Below are positions 18,366-26,605 of a DNA stretch of 64,000 nucleotides, piece by piece. A program made the position numbers and the translations under genes. The first letter of the stretch is position 1. Every line of letters starts with the position of its first letter. Source of the stretch: Staphylococcus phage pSco-10; sequence record KX011028.1; one strand, given 5' to 3'. The notes under the pieces were generated by a model. The model made no database searches. It was given only the letters and a program-made list of their open reading frames with translations, and was not told the DNA's origin.

Positions 18366-19110
18366 TGATTACTCTTACCCCATTCTTCATAGTATTAAAG
18401 AAATCCTCTTCTATTACCTCCCACCTATTATTATAACCATAAATAACACCCCTTGTAAAGAGTTTATAGGTATTATCTACCCCTACATAGTGTATTATCT
18501 GATTAATAATAGCAGGTTTCTTCATTCTTTTACTCTGTGTTGTTTGGGAGAAGTTACCCTCACCACCACTGTATCTACCACTAGCATTATAACTATACCC
18601 TGTTCTATACGTATGAGGGTCTCTAATCAGTCTAAGTATTGTCATAAGGTTAGTCTTCCATAATATATTCATTGTGTGATAAGGGCTTCTGTGTGGTGAT
18701 GGTGTAGCGTCTTTATACTTACCTACAACAGGTTTACCTTTAAAACTGATATAGCTCATAATACCTACATGAGTATGCTTATATCTCTTTAGTATTTGTT
18801 CTACTTTAGGTACATGTTTATCATGACACATTACATATACATACTTACATACTAAGCTGTAATACTTTAGCTGATTGTTTAACCTTTGAGTAGAATCTCT
18901 CTCAGTCTTTATTTCTATACCCATGACAGTGCCATTACGGTCTAACACTAAGCAATCTGTCCTACACTTACCTTGACAGATTACTTTCTCATTAAAGATA
19001 CGTATATCATTTATATCACTAGTTATTTCGTCATCTTTAAACATGTGTTTTTTAGTTCTTATAAGGTCTTTAATATCTTTTTCATAGAACTTAACTACAT
19101 CGTTAGACAT
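18343..19110 (-). CDS. PD-(D/E)XK nuclease-like protein (255 aa; motif CLVLD...GIEIKTE)
   Basis: D...(E)xK motif in translation. Confidence 0.45.
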   Translation of the reverse strand: MSNDVVKFYEKDIKDLIRTKKHMFKDDEITSDINDIRIFNEKVICQGKCRTDCLVLDRNGTVMGIEIKTERDSTQRLNNQLKYYSLVCKYVYVMCHDKHVPKVEQILKRYKHTHVGIMSYISFKGKPVVGKYKDATPSPHRSPYHTMNILWKTNLMTILRLIRDPHTYRTGYSYNASGRYSGGEGNFSQTTQSKRMKKPAIINQIIHYVGVDNTYKLFTRGVIYGYNNRWEVIEEDFFNTMKNGVRVINEQRQTK

Positions 19111-19639
19111 TTAATCTATCTCCTTTGACTCTCTTACAGTATTCTACAACACTTTCTAAAGGAGTGTAAGTTCTATTCCATTTAACATTTGTTAGACCTA
19201 TAAAAACACCTGTGTATTGACCATGAACTACTCTAGTTGGTTCTTTCTGTGAGTAAATAGTTCTATCTCTATCTCTCTCAAAGAACCCTTTACCAGTTTT
19301 ACCTGTTATTGTATCCACCCCTAAAGGAATAATATTAGCCACAAATATAGGGTCATCTACGACCTTCTTAGGGTATTTACGTTGAGGCATCATACTCTTA
19401 ATTAAGTTACTAAGAGGTGTTCCTCCTGGTATTGTCCGTTGATAAGACTCTATTCTATATTTCTTCTGAGGATTTTCTTTTTCCTCTCTATCATGTATAT
19501 CATATACAATAACATACTCTGATAGTTCTTCCTCTACATGCTCAATAAAATAGTAAGGTGTATCATTGAAATAGTATACACCTTCACTAATTCTCACTGC
19601 TAATGAACTTTCATCAAAAGCACTAAAATTAAAATCCAT
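19103..19639 (-). CDS. hypothetical protein (178 aa)
   Basis: promoter 19660..19688. Confidence 0.55.
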   Translation of the reverse strand: MDFNFSAFDESSLAVRISEGVYYFNDTPYYFIEHVEEELSEYVIVYDIHDREEKENPQKKYRIESYQRTIPGGTPLSNLIKSMMPQRKYPKKVVDDPIFVANIIPLGVDTITGKTGKGFFERDRDRTIYSQKEPTRVVHGQYTGVFIGLTNVKWNRTYTPLESVVEYCKRVKGDRLNV

Positions 19640-19659
19640 TTTTAAGTCACCTCTATATT

Positions 19660-19688
19660 AATATACCATATATAGTAAAAAGAGTCAA
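19660..19688 (-). promoter_or_regulatory. promoter TTGACT-17-TATATT; -35 is the 3' arm of terminator 19676..19703
   Basis: agtcaa 19683..19688 on plus strand. Confidence 0.55.
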
Positions 19689-19703
19689 GTAAAGACTTGA
19701 CTC
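19676..19703 (-). terminator. terminator GAGTCAAGT/ACTTGACTC followed by TTTTTACTAT
   Basis: 9-bp inverted repeat plus U-run. Confidence 0.55.
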
Positions 19704-20014
19704 TATAAGAAATCCTTTTCCATTTTTCTAATAGTAGGTACAATATCTTCTACATCTGTTAAATATTGTTTCACTGACATACTAGGTGTTTCTTTATTAA
19801 TTAAACTTACTGAGTATGGCTGACCTTCAGGATGGTCTATCATACCACCTGTCATTTCTTTCAAGAAACCATCATTGATGATATTAAATAAATACTTATC
19901 GTTACCTTTATCAAACTGTATCGTATAAATATTCCCTTTATCATCTTGAGATTCATGAATGTTCTGTACTGTATCATTTTTAATTAGTTGCTCATAAATA
20001 TCATTGAACTTCAT
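19703..20014 (-). CDS. hypothetical protein (103 aa)
   Basis: ORF track. Confidence 0.5.
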   Translation of the reverse strand: MKFNDIYEQLIKNDTVQNIHESQDDKGNIYTIQFDKGNDKYLFNIINDGFLKEMTGGMIDHPEGQPYSVSLINKETPSMSVKQYLTDVEDIVPTIRKMEKDFL

Positions 20015-20369
20015 TATTATCCTCCTGTGTTTGGTACTGTCTAGCTTTTCTAGCTTGGAATATTGTAAGTATAAATGACCCTACAAGACCAATCATAACA
20101 TAAACTAGCATATAAATAAAGCTTGTAATAATAACACCAAATCCTGACTGTGCAGAATACAAGGAATCTCTAAAAATAATACTTAGTATAATAACAATTA
20201 CTCCTACTAAGTAAGGTACTATCACATGATAGTACTCAAAGTTACTTAGCGGTGGTTGTCCTTGACTTACCATTTTCTTCTCTGTCGTCCATAAATCAAA
20301 CAATCTAAAAATTATATTAAATGTAGCAAAAGTAATAAATGCTACACTTATAATAAATATTGTATCCAT
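20001..20369 (-). CDS. polytopic membrane protein (122 aa)
   Basis: hydrophobic. Confidence 0.55.
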   Translation of the reverse strand: MDTIFIISVAFITFATFNIIFRLFDLWTTEKKMVSQGQPPLSNFEYYHVIVPYLVGVIVIILSIIFRDSLYSAQSGFGVIITSFIYMLVYVMIGLVGSFILTIFQARKARQYQTQEDNNEVQ

Positions 20370-20382
20370 TTGTTAATCATCC

Positions 20383-21633
20383 TTAATCTAAAAATACTGT
20401 TTTAATATCAATATCTTTATTCTCTTTATTTACAAATAACAGTTGCTGAGATGGTTTAGTTTTTGATAGGTGTAATTCTTTAGCATAGTTATTATAACCC
20501 ATTGGTGATGAAGCTACAATATGCATTCTGTTAAAGTCTTCTTGTTTTACTGAGAAATGGTGTACATGACCTGTAATTAGTAAATCAATATGACTGTCTA
20601 AGATAAACTTATTAATATGGTTTCCTTTACCTTTTAAACCGTCACCGTGATTAATAATAATAGATTTACCTCCGAAGGTATCTCTAATAGTGTAAATGTC
20701 TTCACGATTATCAATAATATCTACACCATTTAATAATCCCTGCTCTTGGAATAGTAGTAAAGAATCTAGTACTACATAAGCAATATTATCATTGTAAATC
20801 TTCTGATTCTTATTACCTTGCATACGGTCATGGTTACCGCCAATAATACCAAATCTTAATTCACCTGTAACTACATCAGAAAGTACATTTAAGATATCAA
20901 TAAGTAATCGAGTACCTTTAGAGATTTGTTCTGCTAAAGTAAACTCTGTTTCAAATGCTTGGTTAACATCTCTCATGTTGATATGTTCTACTAAATCACC
21001 AACAAAGTAAACAGTTACATTAGAAATTTCTCTATCCTCAATCTCTTTAACTGTCGTATTAATAAAGTGATTTAGTCTTGATTTAAGTACTTCAAAATCA
21101 TATTTACCATTAGTCATATCAGATACAATACTTCCAATGTGGAAATCTGATAGTAATACAATTAATTCTGTGTCATTAATATTAGCTTTACTTCCATGAT
21201 GCTCTACTAATGTTTCCCCTTGTAGTTCTTTAACCATATGCTCTTTAAGTTCATCAAACATAATTTGAGGATATGCGGTATGTCTATTGTGCTTACGTTG
21301 TTCTCTTAGGTGAGATAGCTCTTTTTCTTTAGCTACTACATAAGAAGATACTTCTTCATGGTAGTTATTACCTTCGAATACTTGATTGTCTGCAACATCT
21401 TTTAAGTCACCTAATGTTACTTTACCTTTAATTGCTTTGTTTTTAAGTTCATTTAGATATTCATCTTGTCTAATATCTTCTACAATTTCCTTAAGGTCAT
21501 CTTTACCTATTCTATCTAAACCAAACTCTTTAGTAATTTTATTAAACTTGGATGTTACAATTTTACCCTCATCCTTAAATAATACTCCGATAATAACTGC
21601 TTGTACTTCTTCTATTGTTTTATATTTACTCAT
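20383..21633 (-). CDS. metallophosphoesterase-domain protein (416 aa; motifs GDLVEH, GGNHD, GHVHH) with about 170-aa N-terminal extension
   Basis: calcineurin-like phosphoesterase motifs. Confidence 0.7.
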   Translation of the reverse strand: MSKYKTIEEVQAVIIGVLFKDEGKIVTSKFNKITKEFGLDRIGKDDLKEIVEDIRQDEYLNELKNKAIKGKVTLGDLKDVADNQVFEGNNYHEEVSSYVVAKEKELSHLREQRKHNRHTAYPQIMFDELKEHMVKELQGETLVEHHGSKANINDTELIVLLSDFHIGSIVSDMTNGKYDFEVLKSRLNHFINTTVKEIEDREISNVTVYFVGDLVEHINMRDVNQAFETEFTLAEQISKGTRLLIDILNVLSDVVTGELRFGIIGGNHDRMQGNKNQKIYNDNIAYVVLDSLLLFQEQGLLNGVDIIDNREDIYTIRDTFGGKSIIINHGDGLKGKGNHINKFILDSHIDLLITGHVHHFSVKQEDFNRMHIVASSPMGYNNYAKELHLSKTKPSQQLLFVNKENKDIDIKTVFLD

Positions 21634-22381
21634 AACTGCTCCCTTTCTCTTTTATAAACTTAGTTATTTGATTTCCTAAAATATTAATGTGACTATTTAC
21701 GAATGTATGGAATATGTTAGAGTCATGGTCATGCTCTACATTAAACATGTTAGCTATTGCCTTTGCATCCATACCTTTAACATAAAAAGTCAGTATATCA
21801 TTATTAGAACGTGTCTGTGAGCCGATAATAACAATACCACTCTCCTTATTTGAAAGTAAACTGTAAGCTAGTGGTAGTTTATAGTCAGGTAAGACTTCAT
21901 ATAATAAATATACATTACCATTATTATAGCACTTTTCTTTTACTGTGTCAACTTCTTTTTTATAAATTCTATTTAAATCGAATACATCTTCAAAATCTTG
22001 AAAGTTATAGTACTTAGTTAAATCTTTTGAATCTCTTACTATAGATTCAGGTATGTCTTCATTACTTAATTCTACAATTTGTTGTAATAGTGAATAATAC
22101 TTTTTATCTTCCCCTACAGTAACAAATTGATTTGGTAATACCCCGACATCTGATACATATAGGATATCGTTATCTTCAATGTTCATCAGAATACTAGGGT
22201 CTTGAGTTACAGCATCTTTAAATATTTTATCATCATATATAAACCCTGCTAGTACAGTCGGTTCATCTTCTATCTGTAGTAATCCTTCTCTAAAAGTATC
22301 TACTTGTATAATATTAAAAAATTCTTCGGTACCACGAATAGTATTTGATTGAACGTGGTTAACATTTACTATAACTTGCAT
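21626..22381 (-). CDS. hypothetical protein (251 aa)
   Basis: ORF track. Confidence 0.55.
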   Translation of the reverse strand: MQVIVNVNHVQSNTIRGTEEFFNIIQVDTFREGLLQIEDEPTVLAGFIYDDKIFKDAVTQDPSILMNIEDNDILYVSDVGVLPNQFVTVGEDKKYYSLLQQIVELSNEDIPESIVRDSKDLTKYYNFQDFEDVFDLNRIYKKEVDTVKEKCYNNGNVYLLYEVLPDYKLPLAYSLLSNKESGIVIIGSQTRSNNDILTFYVKGMDAKAIANMFNVEHDHDSNIFHTFVNSHINILGNQITKFIKEKGSSYE

Positions 22382-22384
22382 AAC

Positions 22385-22645
22385 TTAGTCACCTACTCTT
22401 TCGTATAAGTAACCTTTAACGTCTCTTTCATCATCTTTAGAAGCATTTTCTTGTCCGTATTCTTTAACTCTGTAACCATAGATGTGTAGGTAATCTTGAA
22501 TAACATTCATCATACCTTGAACATTTAGATTCTGAACAGAAACCGAATCAAACTTTACTACAATGTATTGCTCTTTGCTTTCCATTAATTTTTTTACTTT
22601 TGTGTAATCATATGGATTTCTAAATAATATTGTTGGAATATCCAT
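22385..22645 (-). CDS. hypothetical protein (86 aa)
   Basis: RBS ggaggg before ATG. Confidence 0.5.
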   Translation of the reverse strand: MDIPTILFRNPYDYTKVKKLMESKEQYIVVKFDSVSVQNLNVQGMMNVIQDYLHIYGYRVKEYGQENASKDDERDVKGYLYERVGD

Positions 22646-22669
22646 TACTTTCCCTCCTTTTCTTAATTC

Positions 22670-22704
22670 TTATATAGTGTAACACAGGATAAGTATATTG
22701 TCAA
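22670..22704 (-). promoter_or_regulatory. promoter with TTGACA -35 and a weaker/extended -10
   Basis: tgtcaa 22699..22704 on plus strand, directly after terminator. Confidence 0.4.
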
Positions 22705-22735
22705 TAAAAAAAGACCAACTTTTTTAGTTGGTCTT
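22705..22735 (-). terminator. terminator AAGACCAACT/AGTTGGTCTT followed by a U7 run
   Basis: 10-bp perfect stem, 5-nt loop, TTTTTTT. Confidence 0.7.
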
Positions 22736-22740
22736 AATTA

Positions 22741-22977
22741 TTATGCTTCAGGTTCTGCAGGTGGTTCTTCTTCTGTAGGTGCTGTAGTAGTGAATCCAGG
22801 TACATCTACTTTTTCTGATTCCCCTGAATCATTAGCAAATGCTACTTTAAAGGTACCTTTAGCATATGTTGTTCCGGCTTCTAATCCTGTAATAGATACT
22901 GTTGTAGCTCCATCAGTGTTAGCTACTTGTGAACCTACAACTTCACCGTTACTATAAACTTTTAATGTCTTTTCCAT
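22741..22977 (-). CDS. small Ig/FN3-like domain protein (78 aa) with Pro/Glu-rich tail
   Basis: shares motif GTFKVxFxNDSGESEKVDVPxF with the neighbouring gene. Confidence 0.55.
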   Translation of the reverse strand: MEKTLKVYSNGEVVGSQVANTDGATTVSITGLEAGTTYAKGTFKVAFANDSGESEKVDVPGFTTTAPTEEEPPAEPEA

Positions 22978-22991
22978 TCTTTATTGTCCTC

Positions 22992-23513
22992 CTATGCAGT
23001 AATGTCTGCGCTATTTTCACCAGGTTCAACTGTTACATACGTAGGTGCATCAGGAATTGGTTCCTTAACTGTCACTGCAACAACGTCAGTATGACTACCA
23101 TCTTCAGTAGTTACAGTAATGTTAGCTGTACCCGCACTAACAGCTTCTACTAAGCCGTTTGCTGTTACACTAGCAATACCTGCTTGGTCTGACTCGAATG
23201 ACACATTTTTATTAGATGCTTCACTAGGCGTGATAGTTGTTGATAGTTGGTGAGTGTCTCCAATTGTAAGGTCTAAACTATCAACGTCAAGGGTAATTGA
23301 AATAACGTTAATTGCTTTTGTCTTAAACCGAGGGACATCGACCTTCTCTGACTCTCCTGAGTCATTTGAGAATGATACTTTAAAGGTACCTTTAGGGTAC
23401 TCAGTATTAGCATCTAAATCCTCAATAGTGATTGTTGATTTTCCTTCTGTTTTCTCTACGCTGTCTAGTAACTCATTACCTTTGTATAAATTTAACTTAG
23501 CCAAACTTACCAT
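22992..23513 (-). CDS. Ig-like (Big_2-type) domain protein (173 aa)
   Basis: N-terminal copy of the GTFKV...EKVDVP module, then a Big_2-like segment (ISITLDVDSLDLTIGDT...ANITVTTEDGSHTDVVAVTV). Confidence 0.6.
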   Translation of the reverse strand: MVSLAKLNLYKGNELLDSVEKTEGKSTITIEDLDANTEYPKGTFKVSFSNDSGESEKVDVPRFKTKAINVISITLDVDSLDLTIGDTHQLSTTITPSEASNKNVSFESDQAGIASVTANGLVEAVSAGTANITVTTEDGSHTDVVAVTVKEPIPDAPTYVTVEPGENSADITA

Positions 23514-23524
23514 CCTTTACTATA

Positions 23525-24157
23525 TTATTCTGCTGTTACGTCTGCTCCGTCTTCTGTTGGTGTAACTTGTACATTTTCAGGTGCTGATGGTTCTGAAGTG
23601 TCTCCTTGACCTTCTCCTGAATCTACGCCTTTAACATCCTTACGAGCAGGACTAGCAGGGAAATCCGCAATTACATCTTCATGTGCATGTTTTAAACTAT
23701 CTTTAACTTCATCTGCATCATTATCTGTAGGGTCTACGATAGCTAATACATCTTCTTTGTTATTTGCAACAAATACGTTATAAACACCAAATTTGAAACG
23801 GTCTTCAACGAAAGCTAAGAAAGCTTGAATAAGTTGTTTACCTTTATCTAATCCTTTAATATCTTCAGTACGGATAAATGAATGATTATAAGGGTCTACC
23901 ACTGTGTTTACTACGAAATGGATGTTGTCTCCATCAGTGTAAGCAATAGGTGATTTCTTCATTACATTTAATACACCTTTACCATCTGTTTGTACAGGGT
24001 ATAAGAATAACTCTTCTCCCTCTGAAACTACTTTGTACGCATATTGTCCTTCATGTGTACGAGTATAACCGTCACGGTTAACTTTAACTTGTAAATATTT
24101 ATCTGCTACTGTAACAGAATCTTGCTGTAATACATCATTAACATTCTTTTTAGCCAT
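23525..24157 (-). CDS. hypothetical protein (about 210 aa; start MAKKNVNDV) with Gly/Asp/Glu-rich C-terminal tail
   Basis: RBS ggag before ATG at 24157. Confidence 0.55.
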   Translation of the reverse strand: MAKKNVNDVLQQDSVTVADKYLQVKVNRDGYTRTHEGQYAYKVVSEGEELFLYPVQTDGKGVLNVMKKSPIAYTDGDNIHFVVNTVVDPYNHSFIRTEDIKGLDKGKQLIQAFLAFVEDRFKFGVYNVFVANNKEDVLAIVDPTDNDADEVKDSLKHAHEDVIADFPASPARKDVKGVDSGEGQGDTSEPSAPENVQVTPTEDGADVTAE

Positions 24158-24214
24158 AAGCTTAATCTCCAATCTTTATTTTAGTAATCTATTTTAAAGC
24201 ATTCTATAAGACAT

Positions 24215-24276
24215 AGAAAAAGCCTTCCCTATGCTTTATTATTGAATTCTCGATAATAATATAACACAAGGAAGGC
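24215..24276 (-). terminator. putative terminator with unusually long loop (GCCTTCC...GGAAGGC, then a U5 run); the loop carries an EcoRI-centred near-palindrome
   Basis: 7-bp stem arms 41 nt apart, U-run follows on minus strand. Confidence 0.3.
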
Positions 24277-24283
24277 ACCGTAA

Positions 24284-24946
24284 CTAGTTTTCCCAAATAT
24301 GATTTTCAGTATTTACTCTATGGTTATTTAATTCTTTCTTTGCATAGTACTCATGGTATGCATTTATTTTAAATCTAACATAATCTCTTAATTCTGTCAA
24401 TTCACTTGATACTTCTTTTCTCTTCATATCAAACTTCTCCGCTACTTGAGAAACGATAAAAGCATCGTCTTCTCTTTCAGGGTTAATAAGTAATTCTTTA
24501 AGTAGTTCACTTTGAACTTCTGTAAACTCTATATCATCAAATACATAACTCATAATTTGATTATCCTCAAAGTCCTCATTTAAATCCTCAGTCAAGGACT
24601 CTACTGTATAATCTTTTTTACCTATAATTTCAGTACGTTTGTACTTTTCATTCTTCTTAACATAGCTATTCTGAACTCTTAGAGTTAGTTTAGCTTTAAT
24701 ATATCCAGGGAAATCTACTTTACTTCTAATATTATATTCTTTAACTAGTTTAATAAATTGCTCATCAATGTATTCTCTTAATTCTTGTCTTTCAAAGTCA
24801 TTAGATAAAATACCTGCATATCTGTGGTACAATGCCCATCTAAGGTTTTTATACCTATTAAGTAAGCTATCTAAGTCTCTTTCAAAATCAACAGGAATAC
24901 CATCTATATCTATTACGTATCTATTACCATTGTTAGCTTTCTTCAT
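24284..24946 (-). CDS. RNA-polymerase sigma-factor-like protein (220 aa)
   Basis: region-2-like segment (DFPGYIKAKLTLRVQN) and position after recA-like gene as in SPO1/Twort-like phages. Confidence 0.5.
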   Translation of the reverse strand: MKKANNGNRYVIDIDGIPVDFERDLDSLLNRYKNLRWALYHRYAGILSNDFERQELREYIDEQFIKLVKEYNIRSKVDFPGYIKAKLTLRVQNSYVKKNEKYKRTEIIGKKDYTVESLTEDLNEDFEDNQIMSYVFDDIEFTEVQSELLKELLINPEREDDAFIVSQVAEKFDMKRKEVSSELTELRDYVRFKINAYHEYYAKKELNNHRVNTENHIWEN

Positions 24947-25286
24947 AAGGATTAGCCCCCTCGAAGATTATTCTTACTTTATGTGATTTATCTTTAACAT
25001 ATATATCAGAGAAATGGATAGTTTTAGGTACTTTAACCTCTTCACCTTCATGTCTAATTAAGGAGTACCCTCCCGCCCATCTATCTGTTACATGTTCTAT
25101 ATACATCACTGTAGAATCTGTATAAGGGAATCCACCTTCTTCAATGATAATTGATTCACCTTTTTCTTTTACTTCTTCAAATTTCTTTGCTATGTCTTTA
25201 TAAGGTAAAGGAAGAACATCTGAGGAATTTGCATTCCCCAAAGATTCTTTTACCTGACTCATGTTTTTATCTATTAAATTATCCAT
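24933..25286 (-). CDS. hypothetical protein (117 aa)
   Basis: ORF track. Confidence 0.5.
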   Translation of the reverse strand: MDNLIDKNMSQVKESLGNANSSDVLPLPYKDIAKKFEEVKEKGESIIIEEGGFPYTDSTVMYIEHVTDRWAGGYSLIRHEGEEVKVPKTIHFSDIYVKDKSHKVRIIFEGANPYEES

Positions 25287-25289
25287 CTA

Positions 25290-26546
25290 TTATTCAGAAT
25301 CCTTTTCTTGAGATTCTCCTTTTGGTTCTTCCTCTTGTTCTTCTTGTTTATTATCTGTAGCCCATTCTTCATAATATTTCTCTAATGCTTGGTACTCTTC
25401 TAGTTGAGTTACAATTACTTTGTTATTAAGTAATGGTGAGTATCCATTAGGGAAATGTTCTCCGTATACTCTACTGAATAACTCTAAATATAACTCTCTA
25501 TTATCTTTTAATACAGGTACCCATTCAGCATCTCTAAGTTTAATTTCTTCACCATTCAATGTAACATAGTTTCTCCATGCACCTTTAGTAATTAAACCTC
25601 TCTCAACTGCTTCTTTATATACAGTATGTTCTAAGTCAATACCGTTCAATAAGATAGGGTCATCGTCTTTACCTACCATATAATCAGATAGTAAGTCTAC
25701 TTCTGCTTTTTGTCCTGGTCTAGATAGTTTAGACTTCTTAGTTTCAATACGCATAATATGACCGTGATACTCATCTTTACCAGTTAATTCACTCTTCTGT
25801 TTTAGTTGAGACGCTTTATGAACCTTAATACGTAAACTAGCACTATGTTCAAATGCTCTACCGCCTGTAGACTTAATAGGGTCACCGTACATACCTGCAT
25901 TCATATCGTCACGAGCTTGGTTAATAACAATTAAACCAGTATTTGTATCATTTAACTTAGGTGTTACTGCATTAATTACTTTTTGAGTAGCTGATGCTTT
26001 AAGACCCATTTGTTTCTCATCAATACCGCCATCAATCTCTTTTTGAGTTCTTGTAGCTCCTAGTGAGTCCCAAATAAACACAATAGGTACTCCAGGTATC
26101 TTTTCATTAAAGGTGTCAATCCAGTACTCTAATTCTTTACCTACAGCTTCTACAGATAGCTCTACTGTATTTTTAAGTCTACCTTCTCCTGATTGAATAG
26201 AGAATAGTTTTGAAACATCTACTCCAAGTTGTTCCATACGATTATTATCTGCTGTTCCTTCAATATCAATCCAAATAGTAATAACACCTAATTGTGTTGC
26301 AATTCTAGATAAGTGAACCGCAAATGTTGATTTACCGGAACCTGTTAACCCGTAGACCTCTGTTAATCTACCTAACGGAATACCTCCGCCTAAAATATAA
26401 TCATACTGAGGAACCATTGTCGGGATAACATTCTTAATATCCGCTCTGTTTGTATCTGATAATAATGTTAATCCTAATTCTTTACCTAAATCAATTGTAT
26501 TTAAATCTGTTAAATCTACTTCTTTACCTTTTTTTGCTCTTGCCAT
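25290..26546 (-). CDS. RecA/UvsX-like recombinase (418 aa); Walker A GLTGSGKST
   Basis: RecA-fold motifs. Confidence 0.75.
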   Translation of the reverse strand: MARAKKGKEVDLTDLNTIDLGKELGLTLLSDTNRADIKNVIPTMVPQYDYILGGGIPLGRLTEVYGLTGSGKSTFAVHLSRIATQLGVITIWIDIEGTADNNRMEQLGVDVSKLFSIQSGEGRLKNTVELSVEAVGKELEYWIDTFNEKIPGVPIVFIWDSLGATRTQKEIDGGIDEKQMGLKASATQKVINAVTPKLNDTNTGLIVINQARDDMNAGMYGDPIKSTGGRAFEHSASLRIKVHKASQLKQKSELTGKDEYHGHIMRIETKKSKLSRPGQKAEVDLLSDYMVGKDDDPILLNGIDLEHTVYKEAVERGLITKGAWRNYVTLNGEEIKLRDAEWVPVLKDNRELYLELFSRVYGEHFPNGYSPLLNNKVIVTQLEEYQALEKYYEEWATDNKQEEQEEEPKGESQEKDSE

Positions 26547-26573
26547 TTAATATCCTCCTAGTAATTATATCTT

Positions 26574-26600
26574 AAATAAAAGAGTGCTCTAAAGCACTCT
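26574..26600 (-). terminator. terminator AGAGTGCT/AGCACTCT followed by TTTATTT
   Basis: 8-bp stem, 4-nt loop. Confidence 0.55.
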
Positions 26601-26605
26601 ATATC

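Noticed and set aside
24233-24252. ATTATTGAATTCTCGATAAT near-palindrome as a restriction site or operator
   Set aside because: The palindrome is imperfect and is explained as the loop region of the putative long-loop terminator after the sigma-factor-like gene; there is no independent support for a separate function.
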